Origin: Spirochaetia bacterium
GTDB lineage: Bacteria > Spirochaetota > Spirochaetia > CADAEX01
Length of the DNA: 64,000 nt
Assembly: GCA_963662265.2 (NCBI GenBank)
Contig: CAXXHA010000016.1
Coordinates: 21,516-85,515, forward strand
Reading direction: 5' to 3'
The translations under genes were made by a program, and so were the position numbers. Below, in pieces: positions 9,497-19,640 of the stretch; position 1 is the stretch's first letter, and each line of letters opens with the position of its first letter. The notes beneath the pieces were generated by a model, which saw only the letters and a program-made list of their open reading frames with translations, was not told where the DNA came from and did no database searches.

Positions 9497-10588
9497 ATGA
9501 TAGAAGGAGAGGGTGTATTGCTGGAGCAGAAAAGAATAAGGGATTACGGTATTAAAATCGGAGATCTTTCTCCGGGAAAAAGGAATTCAATTACAGATAT
9601 CAAAGGAGTCAGGGTCGGGCACACAACTTTATGCAGGGGAGATATTAACACAGGTGTAACAGCTATTGTTCCTGCTGCAGGTAATTTGTTCCGGGAAAAG
9701 CTGATTGCAGCTGTTCATGTTGTGAACGGTTTCGGTAAAAGTGCAGGCCTTATCCAGGTCGAGGAACTCGGGACTCTTGAAACTCCCATTCTTCTTACAA
9801 ATACATTCGGTGTCGGAACATGTCTTAACAGCCTTATAAAGCATATGCTCAGTGAAAACGGGGAAATAGGAACAACTACAGGGACAGTAAATCCTGTTGT
9901 CTTTGAGTGCAACGATTCATACCTGAATGATATAAGGGGTATGCATGTAAATGAGGATGATGCATTATCTGCCCTTGAAAACTCATCGGTAGAATTCAAA
10001 GAGGGAAGTGTAGGAGCAGGCTCCGGAATGTCATGCTACAAGCTGAAAGGGGGTATAGGTACCTCTTCCCGTCTGGTTGAAATTGACGGGAACCAGTATA
10101 CAGTGGGAATGCTTGTCCTCACAAACATGGGACTTCTTGAAGAACTTCTTGTTGCCGGAGACAGGATCGGGAAGAAGATTGAAGAATACAGGAAGTCCGG
10201 GGAAGGCAAAGCTCCTGACAGGGAATCAGACAGGGGCTCTCTTATAATGATAATAGGGACTGATATACCGATGAGTTCAAGGCAGCTTAAGAGGATTGCC
10301 CGGAGAGGAGAAAACGGAGTTGCAAGAACAGGTAATAATATAGCAACAGGAAGCGGTGAGATAGCTCTCGCCTTTTCGACTGCACAGTATCTCAGGCATG
10401 AGGATTCTACCGGGATTCTTGACCTGAAGGTTCTTAATGAGGAAAAGATTGATGCAGTTTTCAAAGCTGTAGGGGAATGCGCGGAAGAGGCTGTGCTTAA
10501 CTCGATGATAACAGCGAAAATGACTGAAGGGATTGATCAGCATGTCAGGGACAGCCTTGCTGATTATATCCACCTCAGAGGTAAATAA
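9497..10588 (+). CDS. dmpA: P1/S58-family peptidase (DmpA-like L-aminopeptidase/D-esterase)
   Basis: NSITDIKGVRVGH, NGFGKSAG, NPVVFECND, EGSVGAG, KGGIGTSSR, autoprocessing G-S site in DRGSLIM. Confidence 0.88.
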   Translation: MIEGEGVLLEQKRIRDYGIKIGDLSPGKRNSITDIKGVRVGHTTLCRGDINTGVTAIVPAAGNLFREKLIAAVHVVNGFGKSAGLIQVEELGTLETPILLTNTFGVGTCLNSLIKHMLSENGEIGTTTGTVNPVVFECNDSYLNDIRGMHVNEDDALSALENSSVEFKEGSVGAGSGMSCYKLKGGIGTSSRLVEIDGNQYTVGMLVLTNMGLLEELLVAGDRIGKKIEEYRKSGEGKAPDRESDRGSLIMIIGTDIPMSSRQLKRIARRGENGVARTGNNIATGSGEIALAFSTAQYLRHEDSTGILDLKVLNEEKIDAVFKAVGECAEEAVLNSMITAKMTEGIDQHVRDSLADYIHLRGK

Positions 10589-10730
10589 CAGCAGGGTAAA
10601 GAATCAGAAACATGTTTAAGCGAGGCTTGTCCATGTTGGAACTGAATTATGAATTGCGTTCCATAAGTCCAGAGGAAAAGATGAAAAACTCCGGGAAAAG
10701 TGTTAAAATATTTTCAGGCGGTAACTGAAT

Positions 10731-11867
10731 ATGAAAGAAATACTTATCTGCTCTTCGTGCGGAAAGGAGTTTTTACCAGGCAGGGAATTGTTCAGGTGTC
10801 CTTCATGCGGTTCTTATTTCAATCTGAAACTTGAAGGGTTTGAATTTGACCCATCAATGCTTGATGATTCTAAAGGAACAGGCATCTGGCGTTACAGATT
10901 AGTAATACCTGTAAAAGATGAGAGCATAATCAGCTATGGAGAGGAGAGGACTCCTCTTACAGAATACAGCTCAGATTCTGGTGAAATCCTGGTCAAGCTT
11001 GATTATCTCTTCCCCTCTGGTTCCTATAAAGACAGGGGAGCTGCTGTTCTTATCAGCAAGGTAAAAGAGCTTGGAATTGATTTTGTTGTCGAGGATTCAT
11101 CGGGTAATGCCGGAGCTTCTGTATCTGCCTATTGCGCAAAAGGGGGGATAGGCTGTTCTGTATATGTGCCTGCTTCAAACTCTGAGGCTAAGCTTTCCCA
11201 GATAAAGTCATACGGGGCAGATCTTGTTGCTGTTGAAGGTTCGAGAGCGGAAACTTCAAGGAGAGTGCTTGAAGCTGCGGAAAAGCATTATTATGCGAGT
11301 CATATCTGGAATCCCTATTTTTACCATGGAACAAAGACATTTGCATATGAAGTTTGCGAACAGCTCGGATGGAAGGCCCCTGATACTGTCGTGCTTCCCG
11401 CTGGGCATGGGACTCTTTTTCTAGGATCATACATAGGTTTTTCAGAGCTTTATGAATCGGGAGTGATTTCAGAAATGCCGCGGTTTATAGGCGTGCAGTC
11501 TGCCAACTGCTGTCCTGTATATGATAAATGGAAAGGAAAATCCTCGCCTGCTGTAATCGCAGAAACACTTGCTGAAGGTATTGCAATTTCAGGTCCTGTA
11601 AGGATTGATGATATGATTATTGCTGCCTCGAAAACAGGCGGGGAATTTATAACTGTTGATGAAGAAGAGATCAGGAACACACTCCTTCAACTTGTGGGGA
11701 AAGGTTTCTATACAGAACCCACATCAGCAGCTGTTATCGCAGGAGCAGAAAAATATCTTAAAAATAAGAAGAATAGGGAAGAGGATCCCGGCCTGACTGT
11801 TTCTGTACTTACAGGTTCGGGTCTTAAAGCTTCTGAAAAGATATATAAGATAATGAAAGGGTTATAG
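10731..11867 (+). CDS. Threonine synthase-like PLP-dependent enzyme with N-terminal Zn ribbon
   Basis: CxxC...CxxC N-terminus, PSGSYKDRG, DSSGNAGAS, PAGHG, EPTSA, LTGSGLK. Confidence 0.85.
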   Translation: MKEILICSSCGKEFLPGRELFRCPSCGSYFNLKLEGFEFDPSMLDDSKGTGIWRYRLVIPVKDESIISYGEERTPLTEYSSDSGEILVKLDYLFPSGSYKDRGAAVLISKVKELGIDFVVEDSSGNAGASVSAYCAKGGIGCSVYVPASNSEAKLSQIKSYGADLVAVEGSRAETSRRVLEAAEKHYYASHIWNPYFYHGTKTFAYEVCEQLGWKAPDTVVLPAGHGTLFLGSYIGFSELYESGVISEMPRFIGVQSANCCPVYDKWKGKSSPAVIAETLAEGIAISGPVRIDDMIIAASKTGGEFITVDEEEIRNTLLQLVGKGFYTEPTSAAVIAGAEKYLKNKKNREEDPGLTVSVLTGSGLKASEKIYKIMKGL

Positions 11868-11989
11868 AAAACAAGATCCTTTAAAATCTGATAATTTGAT
11901 AATTTTTGGAGCCTATTACAAAGCACTGGTGTCTGATTTTCAGGGACTCCTTTTTGTAAAAAGCGAAACAGGGCAAAGAGAGGATAAAA

Positions 11990-12754
11990 ATGAAAGGTAT
12001 AATTATCGGGGGGGGCGTGGGCCCCATGGCAGGTGTAGAACTTCACAAGAAAATCATTAACAGCACAAAGACTTCAGGGACTGATCAGGACCATCTCGAT
12101 ATAGTTCATCTCTCTTTTTCATCCAGGGTCAACGACAGGACAAAATTTCTTCTCGAAGGGAATGAATGCAATCCGGGCGGCAAGATGGCGGAATATGTTA
12201 CTGCTGCTGCCGATATACATGAGCTGAACGGGAAAGGCTCTGTTGCCGGAGTCCCGTGCAACACATTCCATGCAGAAAAAATCTTTTCAGAATATTCTGA
12301 AAAGATCCGGATGAGCGGAAAAAATATCAGGATTGTAAATATGATTGAAGAGACTGTTCTTTACCTTAAATCTGAATTTTCCAAAGGTTCCAGAATTGGG
12401 CTTCTTTCAACAACAGGTACAAGAAAAACCGCCCTTTATAAAGGGTATCTGGAAAAGGCAGGATTTGAACTTGTTCAGGTTGATGAAGAAGATCAGGATA
12501 GTGTTCATGATATTATCTACAATAAAGGCTGGGGAATAAAGGCTAAATCCCCGGTAACTTCCCTTGCTGTCAATAAATCGGAGTTCTATGCATCTATACT
12601 TACAGATAAAGGTGCCTGCTGCATAATCCTCGGCTGCACAGAATTTCCGCTCTCTCTGACCGGAGGAGAGTTTAAAGGCATACCTCTTGTTGATCCTGTA
12701 AATGTCCTTGCAAGGGCTCTTGTACGGGAAGCGGATCCTGATAAACTGATGTAA
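11990..12754 (+). CDS. Aspartate/glutamate racemase family protein
   Basis: GGVGPMAG, catalytic VPCNTFH and LGCTEFP motifs. Confidence 0.9.
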   Translation: MKGIIIGGGVGPMAGVELHKKIINSTKTSGTDQDHLDIVHLSFSSRVNDRTKFLLEGNECNPGGKMAEYVTAAADIHELNGKGSVAGVPCNTFHAEKIFSEYSEKIRMSGKNIRIVNMIEETVLYLKSEFSKGSRIGLLSTTGTRKTALYKGYLEKAGFELVQVDEEDQDSVHDIIYNKGWGIKAKSPVTSLAVNKSEFYASILTDKGACCIILGCTEFPLSLTGGEFKGIPLVDPVNVLARALVREADPDKLM

Positions 12755-13000
12755 TGATATATTGAAATATTAACTGCTCAGGATAACGCATCTTTTGGAA
12801 GTATTGCCCTGTTCTGTTTTCTGCATGGAAATATCACTCCACCTGTTTCTCTATTCACATAGCATAGGCATTTAGTAGTCCTTTATGTTTTGAAATATGG
12901 GATATTGTTCAGCAGGAAATATTCCCTTAACTTATGCTGAAAATTACTGGCGGCAAAAAATGTTATTTAATGGTCTGATTTCAAAAAAGTGGTTCAGGAT

Positions 13001-13663
13001 TTAAAATGGGGGAAGCGAAGAAAAGCTGATTCTCTCCCCTTTTTCAGGATGATTAAACTCAAGGTAGGATGCATGAAGCATCATCTGATCCCCCTCTTTT
13101 CCTGTCCCGTATAGCCTGTCCCCGATAATCGGCACTCCCAGCCCTTTCTGATGAGATGAGTGGAGCCTCAGCTGATGTGTCCTTCCTGTAAGAGGGGTAA
13201 AAAGGATTCTTGTTTTCCCGTTTTCTATCCCGATCTTTTTCCACTCCGTAATTCCCTCCTTTCCCTGAACCGGATCATAAACCTGGTACGGCCTGTTATC
13301 CGGATCAAGCCTGAATGAAAGCCTTATAACGCCGCTTTCTCCGCTTACTTCTCCATCCAGAAGCGCTGTGTAGTGCTTGAAAACTTTCTTATTCTGAAAC
13401 TGTATAGAAAGTTTTCTGTGCGCCTCTTTTGTAAGTGCAAGTACCAGAAGTCCTGATGTGAACATATCAAGCCTGTGGACAGATGGCTGCTCAATGGATC
13501 CGGGGAATAATTTTTTTAACCTGCAGGTGACTGAGTCCTTTTTATCTTCCCCCCTGCCCGGGATGGAAAGAAGGCCACCCGGTTTATTTGTCACAACTAT
13601 TGATGAGTCGCTGTAGATTATGTCCAGTTCATTATTCATATTCATATTCATATTCATATTCAT
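13001..13663 (-). CDS. RluA-family pseudouridine synthase domain (C-terminal part of a TrcP-like protein)
   Basis: NKPGGLL, VHRLDMFTSG, TGRTHQLRLH, PIIGDRLYG, MLHA. Confidence 0.92.
   Translation of the reverse strand: MNMNMNMNMNNELDIIYSDSSIVVTNKPGGLLSIPGRGEDKKDSVTCRLKKLFPGSIEQPSVHRLDMFTSGLLVLALTKEAHRKLSIQFQNKKVFKHYTALLDGEVSGESGVIRLSFRLDPDNRPYQVYDPVQGKEGITEWKKIGIENGKTRILFTPLTGRTHQLRLHSSHQKGLGVPIIGDRLYGTGKEGDQMMLHASYLEFNHPEKGERISFSSLPPF
13634..13663 (-). repeat. (ATGAAT)5 hexamer microsatellite encoding MNMNMNMNMN
   Basis: (ATTCAT)5 on the + strand. Confidence 0.9.
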
Positions 13664-13664
13664 A

Positions 13665-14783
13665 TTATTTAATCAGATGTTTATATTTTTCCTGAAGCTT
13701 TTCTGCTCCCCTGAGCATGTAAGTCAGTATTGGAGCACATTTTTCAGTACAGGGAGGATAAAAGTGCCTGTGTTTTTTAGTTCCTGATTTGTTTCCCCTG
13801 CCATAGTAAAATTCAATGAGACTCAGTGGTATGAGTCCTTCTCCGGCGGCATAGTTAAGCAGCTTTGGAGCGCAGCAGTCACCAGTTCCTGCCGGCATAC
13901 CGGATAACATCGTCGGAATTTTCCGGTATTCCGTTTCTGGAATTCCAGTTCGAATGACTTCCTCTGCATCACCCGCCTGCATAGCCTTAATTTGTGCCGG
14001 GCAAGCTTCTTCAGAACCTGAAAGTACTCTACATGATCTACCTGTCATAACAGGATTTTCGGGAGCATTTTTCGTGTGTTTTCTCGTGACAGCATCAGTT
14101 TTATGAGTTTTTCCCCTTTTATCATCAATGTTTTTTAAAAATACTTCTGCCATTGATTTTATTTCACCTTCAAAATTATGAAGGTAATAAAGAGAATGTA
14201 TCTCTTTCATCAGGTCCTGAGATATTTTTTTCCTTTTATCCTTAAGGTACAGTATTCTTTCCTGTAATTTATTCTGAGAATCCTGTATCTCTGCAGCCTC
14301 ATAATCAGAAGCTTCAGTTTTTTTAATACTGCTGCCGGCATCTGATTTTCTGTTTATTGACTCTTCTTCTTCTGCAGCAAGTTCTTCAATCTGCCTGTCG
14401 AGTTTTTTTATTTCTTTATCTTTTTCTCTTACAGCAGTATCAAAAGCATCAGGGTCAATAACAGGAGGAACCCAGCCGGGTATCAGCCACCTGCTGTTAT
14501 ACTGTCCGGAAAAAGCCTTGAGTATTATTTTTTCACCTTCAGGATTTAAACAGACAAGTATCCCGAACATCTGTCCCCGTGCTTTCGAAAAAAGATAATC
14601 GGTTGAAAGATCAGCATCTCTTGTTTCCGGAGCTGTATCCATATCAAGACATTTTTCACTGTCAAGTTTTTCTATGAGATCAATTGCATATTTTTCAGCT
14701 TCTGCTGACTGAAGGACCGGGATTTTCAGGCATTTTCTGAACCATCCTGTAAAAGATGGTTTAATGTTAAACTGTGACATCAT
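13665..14783 (-). CDS. TrcP-like N-terminal zinc cytidine-deaminase domain with long helical insert
   Basis: GQMFGILV, AFSGQ, WVPP, coiled-coil region, GTGDCCAPKLLNYA, EFYYG, FYPPCTEKCAPIL; adjacent to the RluA ORF. Confidence 0.7.
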   Translation of the reverse strand: MMSQFNIKPSFTGWFRKCLKIPVLQSAEAEKYAIDLIEKLDSEKCLDMDTAPETRDADLSTDYLFSKARGQMFGILVCLNPEGEKIILKAFSGQYNSRWLIPGWVPPVIDPDAFDTAVREKDKEIKKLDRQIEELAAEEEESINRKSDAGSSIKKTEASDYEAAEIQDSQNKLQERILYLKDKRKKISQDLMKEIHSLYYLHNFEGEIKSMAEVFLKNIDDKRGKTHKTDAVTRKHTKNAPENPVMTGRSCRVLSGSEEACPAQIKAMQAGDAEEVIRTGIPETEYRKIPTMLSGMPAGTGDCCAPKLLNYAAGEGLIPLSLIEFYYGRGNKSGTKKHRHFYPPCTEKCAPILTYMLRGAEKLQEKYKHLIK

Positions 14784-16112
14784 GGATCCATTTTCCTGAA
14801 ACCAGCCTTTTGACAGATATTAGAGATTTAAATACTTCTTCAAAATTAACACAGAGAAATACTATATATACCGGAAGCCTGAAATAGAATCCTGTCAAAA
14901 AAGCCATCGGAACACCTATAAGCCATACCGATATTATTTCGATGTAGAATGCTGTTTTCGTATCTCCTCCGCCTCTGAAAACACCTACAATATTGTGTAT
15001 GTTAAATATCTTAAACGGGAAATATACAGCGCTGATAATTATAAGACGTACAGTCCATTTCATTACTTCTTCATGCACATTGAAAATATGGGGAATAATA
15101 AAAATAACATTCAGTGACAGGAGGGCTGTCGCAATTCCTGCAGCTGCACCAATAACATGAAAGTCTCTTGCAAGCTTTCTTGTTTTTTTAAGATCTCCTT
15201 CACCTATTGATTTACCAATTACAACGACACATGCATTCGCGCTTCCCATGAAGAGGACCATCATAAGCTGCATAATAGTTTCATTGATACTTACAGCAGC
15301 AAGCGCGTTAGTTCCTATCCGGCCGTAGACAACTTTATACATTGTCATTCCTACTGCCCACAATACTTCATTGAGTATGACAGGAAGGGCAATTTTCACA
15401 TATCTGAAAATAAATTCAGCACTTACTCTCCTGATATCCTCTCTGTTGACAGCTATTTCCCGTGTATTAGAGTAAACAGTAATGACAAGTATTGCTGATT
15501 CTGTGAACCGGGCAATTGCTGTTGCAACTGCTGCCCCGATTATTCCCATTTCCGGAAATATCCAGATTCCGAATATCAGAACATAATTCAGTACAATGTT
15601 GATGAGGTTTTGAGACTGCGCTTGCAAAGAGGGGCACCTTAGCTTTTTCTATGCTCCTGAGCATCATTCCGTAAGAGAAGGTTACTGATGAGAAAAGATA
15701 GCTTACAGCAACAGTTACCAGATATCCGACTCCCGCATTTATTACAGCAGTGTCTGTTGTGAAAAGCCCCATTACTTTTTCAGGGATTGCAAATGATATT
15801 ATTATGAAAAAAAGGCTGCTTATGCTGCTTAGGGAAAGTCCTACAACAACAGTTTTTTTTACACTTTCAGGATCTTTTTTTCCCCTGAACTGCGCAATAA
15901 AGACACTTGCAGCAGAGCATATTCCGAACATCATAAGTGTAAATAGAAAAAAAGACCTGGTTTCCGATTCCAACGGCAGATATTGCAGTAGCTCCAAGCT
16001 GGCCAATCATGAGTGTATCGATGAAAGATACAGATGACATGAGAAGATTGTTGAGTGCTACCGGGACAGCTATCCTTTTAAAGCCTTGTTTTATTTCAGG
16101 GGCAAGTGTCAT
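14767..16112 (-). CDS. MATE-family efflux transporter, broken by two +1 frameshifts
   Basis: Pieces 15867..16112 (DTLMIGQLG), 15467..16006 and 14767..15627 (FRGGGDTK) join into one MATE; shifts at runs near 15950 and 15610. Confidence 0.85.
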
Positions 16113-16205
16113 GATTTAAATATGTTCTCCGTAAATATTATAAGGGAATTTCTAAAATATAGTTTTTTCTTATAGATTCCCCCCCTTCGGGGACAGCTGC
16201 CTTGT

Positions 16206-16253
16206 GGGCAAATATCCAGGGAAAAAACTCAAAAGCGAGTTTTAGAGGTGCCC
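16206..16253. mobile_element. Degenerate short palindromic (MITE-like) element
   Basis: GGGCA...AAAACTC-AAAAGC-GAGTTTT-AGAGG-TGCCC; related hairpin AAAACTCGCTTTAGCGAATTTT at 21456-21477. Confidence 0.35.
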
Positions 16254-16703
16254 GTAAAAAGTGCTGACTGAATTCATAAAAAAATCCAGCGGAAATATTA
16301 AACGTTATGCCGGAATATTGTTTTTCTTTAATATGCAGTAAATTGCAGAATTATCCAATCCCTGTTGCAGGAATCCCGGATATTTTTTGTATTTATCTTC
16401 TTAAAATATTGGGTTGATGAATTACCTTTGATATAGAGAGATTAAAAATATTTTCTTTTATTTGAATTATTTGTGTAGTTAAATAATAATAGTAGTTGTT
16501 GCTGATAAATTGCAGTATATATCCTGACATCAAAATGAAATTTTTAGGTATAATCTTATTTGCAAGATATAGTATAATGTTAGGTGCCTTTATATTTTTA
16601 TTTGAATATGCTCCTGATATTCGGTTCTTTTTCAGGTAATTATTCAAAAGAAATAAAGGAAAAATATAATTATTTATCAGCATCATTAAAAAACGGAGGA
16701 ATT

Positions 16704-17789
16704 ATGTTGTTTCAGAAGCAGTTGATGATGAGAAAGGTTGTTTATTCCCTTTTTCCGATATATCTTGCTGCAGTTTTCTTTTACGGTATCTACTTCTTTA
16801 TTGTTTCCATAGCTGTTTTTGCAGCAGGAATAATGACAGAATATCTCTTCATGAAGTACTACGGTAAAAAGATTTCTGAAGCTGTACTTGTGACATGCAT
16901 GATATATCTGCTGTCTCTACCCCCTGAAGTCCCTGTCTGGATTGCAGCAACAGGGATAGTTTTCGGAGTGCTTTTCGGGAAATGTGTTTACGGCGGTTTC
17001 GGCAGGAATATATTCAATCCTGCTATCACGGGGCGTCTTTTTATCTATATAACATTTCCGGGTAAGATGACTTCCCTGTGGACTGTTCCTTCATTTTTCG
17101 GTTTTGGAAAGATTGATGGAATTGCTTCAGCAACACCTCTCTATATGATGAGACAGGGGGAAATCCCTGAACTTCTCAACCTTTTTACAGGGCTCAGGAC
17201 CGGATCTGCAGGGGAGGGTTTTACAGTTCTCATTATTCTTGCTGCTGTCTATCTTATATACACTAAAACAGCAAACTGGAAAGCAATTGCATCTACCCTT
17301 GCTTCATTCCTGGTTTTCAGTACACTCTTTTTTCTGATTGGTGCTGAAAACAGTTTTCCACCGATTCATGCAGTCCTGTCGGGAAGTATTCTTTTTGTTG
17401 CTGTTTTCATGGTGACGGACCCTGTTTCAGCTCCTAAAAAACCGCAGGCAATTCTTGTTTACGGATTGATGGTCGGCGGAATTGCAGCTCTGGTGAGAAC
17501 ATTTTCCCTTTTTCCCGAGGGTACAAGTTTCGGAATACTTATCGGTAATACTTTTGCATCTCTCTTCGATGAATGGTTTCCAAAGCCTGCATTGAAGAAG
17601 CCTCCTGTTAAAAAGGCAGATAACCCGGGTAATGTTAAGCCAGTTGAATCCTCCGGAGCAGCTGCTGATAAGTCTGCTGGAAATGGAGGGGCAAAGAACT
17701 CTGATGCCCAAGCATCTCCCGGAGAAGCTTCTGGTCAGGCATCAGAAACGGGTGATAAGCATTCCCTGAAGGGGGGCGTCAATGAATAA
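16704..17789 (+). CDS. nqrB: NqrB/RnfD subunit
   Basis: GGFGRNIFNPA, FMN motif DGIASATPL, GSAGE, FMVTDPVSAP; start 16704 after GGAGG. Confidence 0.85.
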   Translation: MLFQKQLMMRKVVYSLFPIYLAAVFFYGIYFFIVSIAVFAAGIMTEYLFMKYYGKKISEAVLVTCMIYLLSLPPEVPVWIAATGIVFGVLFGKCVYGGFGRNIFNPAITGRLFIYITFPGKMTSLWTVPSFFGFGKIDGIASATPLYMMRQGEIPELLNLFTGLRTGSAGEGFTVLIILAAVYLIYTKTANWKAIASTLASFLVFSTLFFLIGAENSFPPIHAVLSGSILFVAVFMVTDPVSAPKKPQAILVYGLMVGGIAALVRTFSLFPEGTSFGILIGNTFASLFDEWFPKPALKKPPVKKADNPGNVKPVESSGAAADKSAGNGGAKNSDAQASPGEASGQASETGDKHSLKGGVNE

Positions 17790-18381
17790 AAACAGTCTTG
17801 TTTATACAGTGATTTTTTCATTCCTGACAGCTTTCTTCTTCGTCTTTCTCCTTTCAATGGCAGACAGCCTCACAAAGGAAAAAACAGAGGATAATGCAAG
17901 AAAAACATTTTATAAGGCTGTGCTTAAATCTGCAGGAATTGATTTTAAATCTGATGATGATTCTGTGCCTGTATTCAGGGAATATTTCAGCAGTTACAAC
18001 GATGGTGATACTGTTCTGAAAACATCTGTTGACGGAAGAAATCTTGTTCTCAAGGTTTTCCGCGGAAACGGGCTATGGGGAACAATCTCGGGAGTCATTG
18101 CTTTCTCCTCAGATCTTGAAAGAATAGCAGGCTTTGAAATTATTTCACACAATGAAACCCCAGGTCTCGGGGGACGGATAGATGAAGACTGGTTCAAGGA
18201 CCAGTTTGACTGGGAAAAGGTTTCTGCAGAAGGGATTACTGTCCGCAAGGGATCCGGTTCATATGATTCAGATACGGAAAACAGCGAAGTTGAAGGGATA
18301 ACAGGTGCTTCCCTGACAAGCAAATCAATAGAAAATATTATAAATGAAAATCTTGCACTGATGAGAAAGGAGGTTGAATAA
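17782..18381 (+). CDS. nqrC: NqrC/RnfG FMN-binding subunit
   Basis: GNGLWG, HNETPGLGG, flavinylation-like motif EGITGASLTS. Confidence 0.85.
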   Translation: MNKNSLVYTVIFSFLTAFFFVFLLSMADSLTKEKTEDNARKTFYKAVLKSAGIDFKSDDDSVPVFREYFSSYNDGDTVLKTSVDGRNLVLKVFRGNGLWGTISGVIAFSSDLERIAGFEIISHNETPGLGGRIDEDWFKDQFDWEKVSAEGITVRKGSGSYDSDTENSEVEGITGASLTSKSIENIINENLALMRKEVE

Positions 18382-19037
18382 TGGCTGATAAACCTTCACT
18401 TATACTTAAAAACAATCTCTGGAACAATAACCCTATTTTTATTCAGATTCTGGGTATCTGCTCAACTCTTGCAGTTACAAATAATCTTGTTAATACTCTG
18501 ATTATGACAGTAGGTCTTGTATTTGTAACAGGGTTTACAAATTTAAGTGTTTCTATTCTGAAAGCCCTTATTCCTGACAGGGTAAGGATGATTATCCAGA
18601 CACTGATAATTGCCTTCTATGTAATTATTGTTGATATAATCCTGAGGGCCTATCTTCCCGCTATAAGCAGATCTCTCGGCCCGTATGTAGGTCTTATTAT
18701 TACAAACTGCATTATCATGGGGAGGGCCGAAGGTTTTGCAAGGTCAAATCCTCCCTTATTATCACTGTGGGACGGAGTTACTTCTGGTATAGGATATATG
18801 TGGGTTTTAATTGTAATAGCTTTTTTCAGGGAGCTTCTAGGTTCAGGCACGCTGTTTGGAATAACCATTCTTCCTGACGGATTTACAAACTGGACAATTA
18901 TGGTCATGCCTCCGAGCGCTTTCTTTCTTCTCGGTGTTTTGATCTGGATATGTAAATCCCTGATACTCAGGAAAGAGGGAGCTCAATCCCCGCAGGGGGT
19001 ACAATCCCCCAATACCGGTTCCAAGGAGGCTAAGTAA
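18381..19037 (+). CDS. nqrD: NqrD/RnfE subunit
   Basis: NNPIFIQILGICSTLAVT, GLIITNCIIMGRAE, PPSAFF. Confidence 0.88.
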   Translation: MADKPSLILKNNLWNNNPIFIQILGICSTLAVTNNLVNTLIMTVGLVFVTGFTNLSVSILKALIPDRVRMIIQTLIIAFYVIIVDIILRAYLPAISRSLGPYVGLIITNCIIMGRAEGFARSNPPLLSLWDGVTSGIGYMWVLIVIAFFRELLGSGTLFGITILPDGFTNWTIMVMPPSAFFLLGVLIWICKSLILRKEGAQSPQGVQSPNTGSKEAK

Positions 19038-19630
19038 TGGCACCTGAAATCAATCCATTTGTAATTTTCATTGCATCAATTTTTACCAGCAATATTCTGC
19101 TTTCAAACTTCCTTGGAATGTGCTCATTCATATCTATATCGAAAGATATGAAATCTGCAAACGGCCTGGGGCTTGCAGTTACTGTAGTCCTCGGGTTTAC
19201 AGGAATAATTAACTGGTATGTTCTTCAGTACATCCTTATTCCGCTTAATCTTCTCTATCTGCGGTATATTGTTTTTATTATTGTAATAGCTGCAACTGTG
19301 CAGGTCCTTGAAATGGTTATAGACCGGCTTTCACCGGCGTTGTATATGTCTCTCGGGATTTTTCTTCCCCTCATAACAGTGAACTGTGCTATTCTCGGTG
19401 TTGCCCTGTTTGTGGAAATCAGGAAATATGACCTGCTTCAGACACTGTTCTTTTCAGTCGGATCAGGTCTAGGATGGTGGCTTGCTATTATGGCTCTTTC
19501 AGCCATCCAGAAGAAGCTTAAGACAGCTCCGGTCCCTGCAGGTCTTCAGGGCCCCGGAATCACACTGATAACAATCGGATTCATGGCTATGGCTTTTATC
19601 GGATTCTCCGGTATGGTTCCGATTCAGTAG
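19037..19630 (+). CDS. nqrE: NqrE/RnfA subunit
   Basis: NILLSNFLGMCSF, GIFLPLITVNCAILG, VPAGLQG. Confidence 0.88.
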   Translation: MAPEINPFVIFIASIFTSNILLSNFLGMCSFISISKDMKSANGLGLAVTVVLGFTGIINWYVLQYILIPLNLLYLRYIVFIIVIAATVQVLEMVIDRLSPALYMSLGIFLPLITVNCAILGVALFVEIRKYDLLQTLFFSVGSGLGWWLAIMALSAIQKKLKTAPVPAGLQGPGITLITIGFMAMAFIGFSGMVPIQ

Positions 19631-19640
19631 GGGGGGGAGT

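Noticed and set aside
10731-11867. Naming this gene thrC
   Set aside because: Belongs to the short ThrC-like group, with no thrA/thrB context; substrate uncertain
16584-16703. Upstream extension of nqrB and ORF 16393..16686
   Set aside because: AT-rich promoter region; strong RBS precedes ATG 16704
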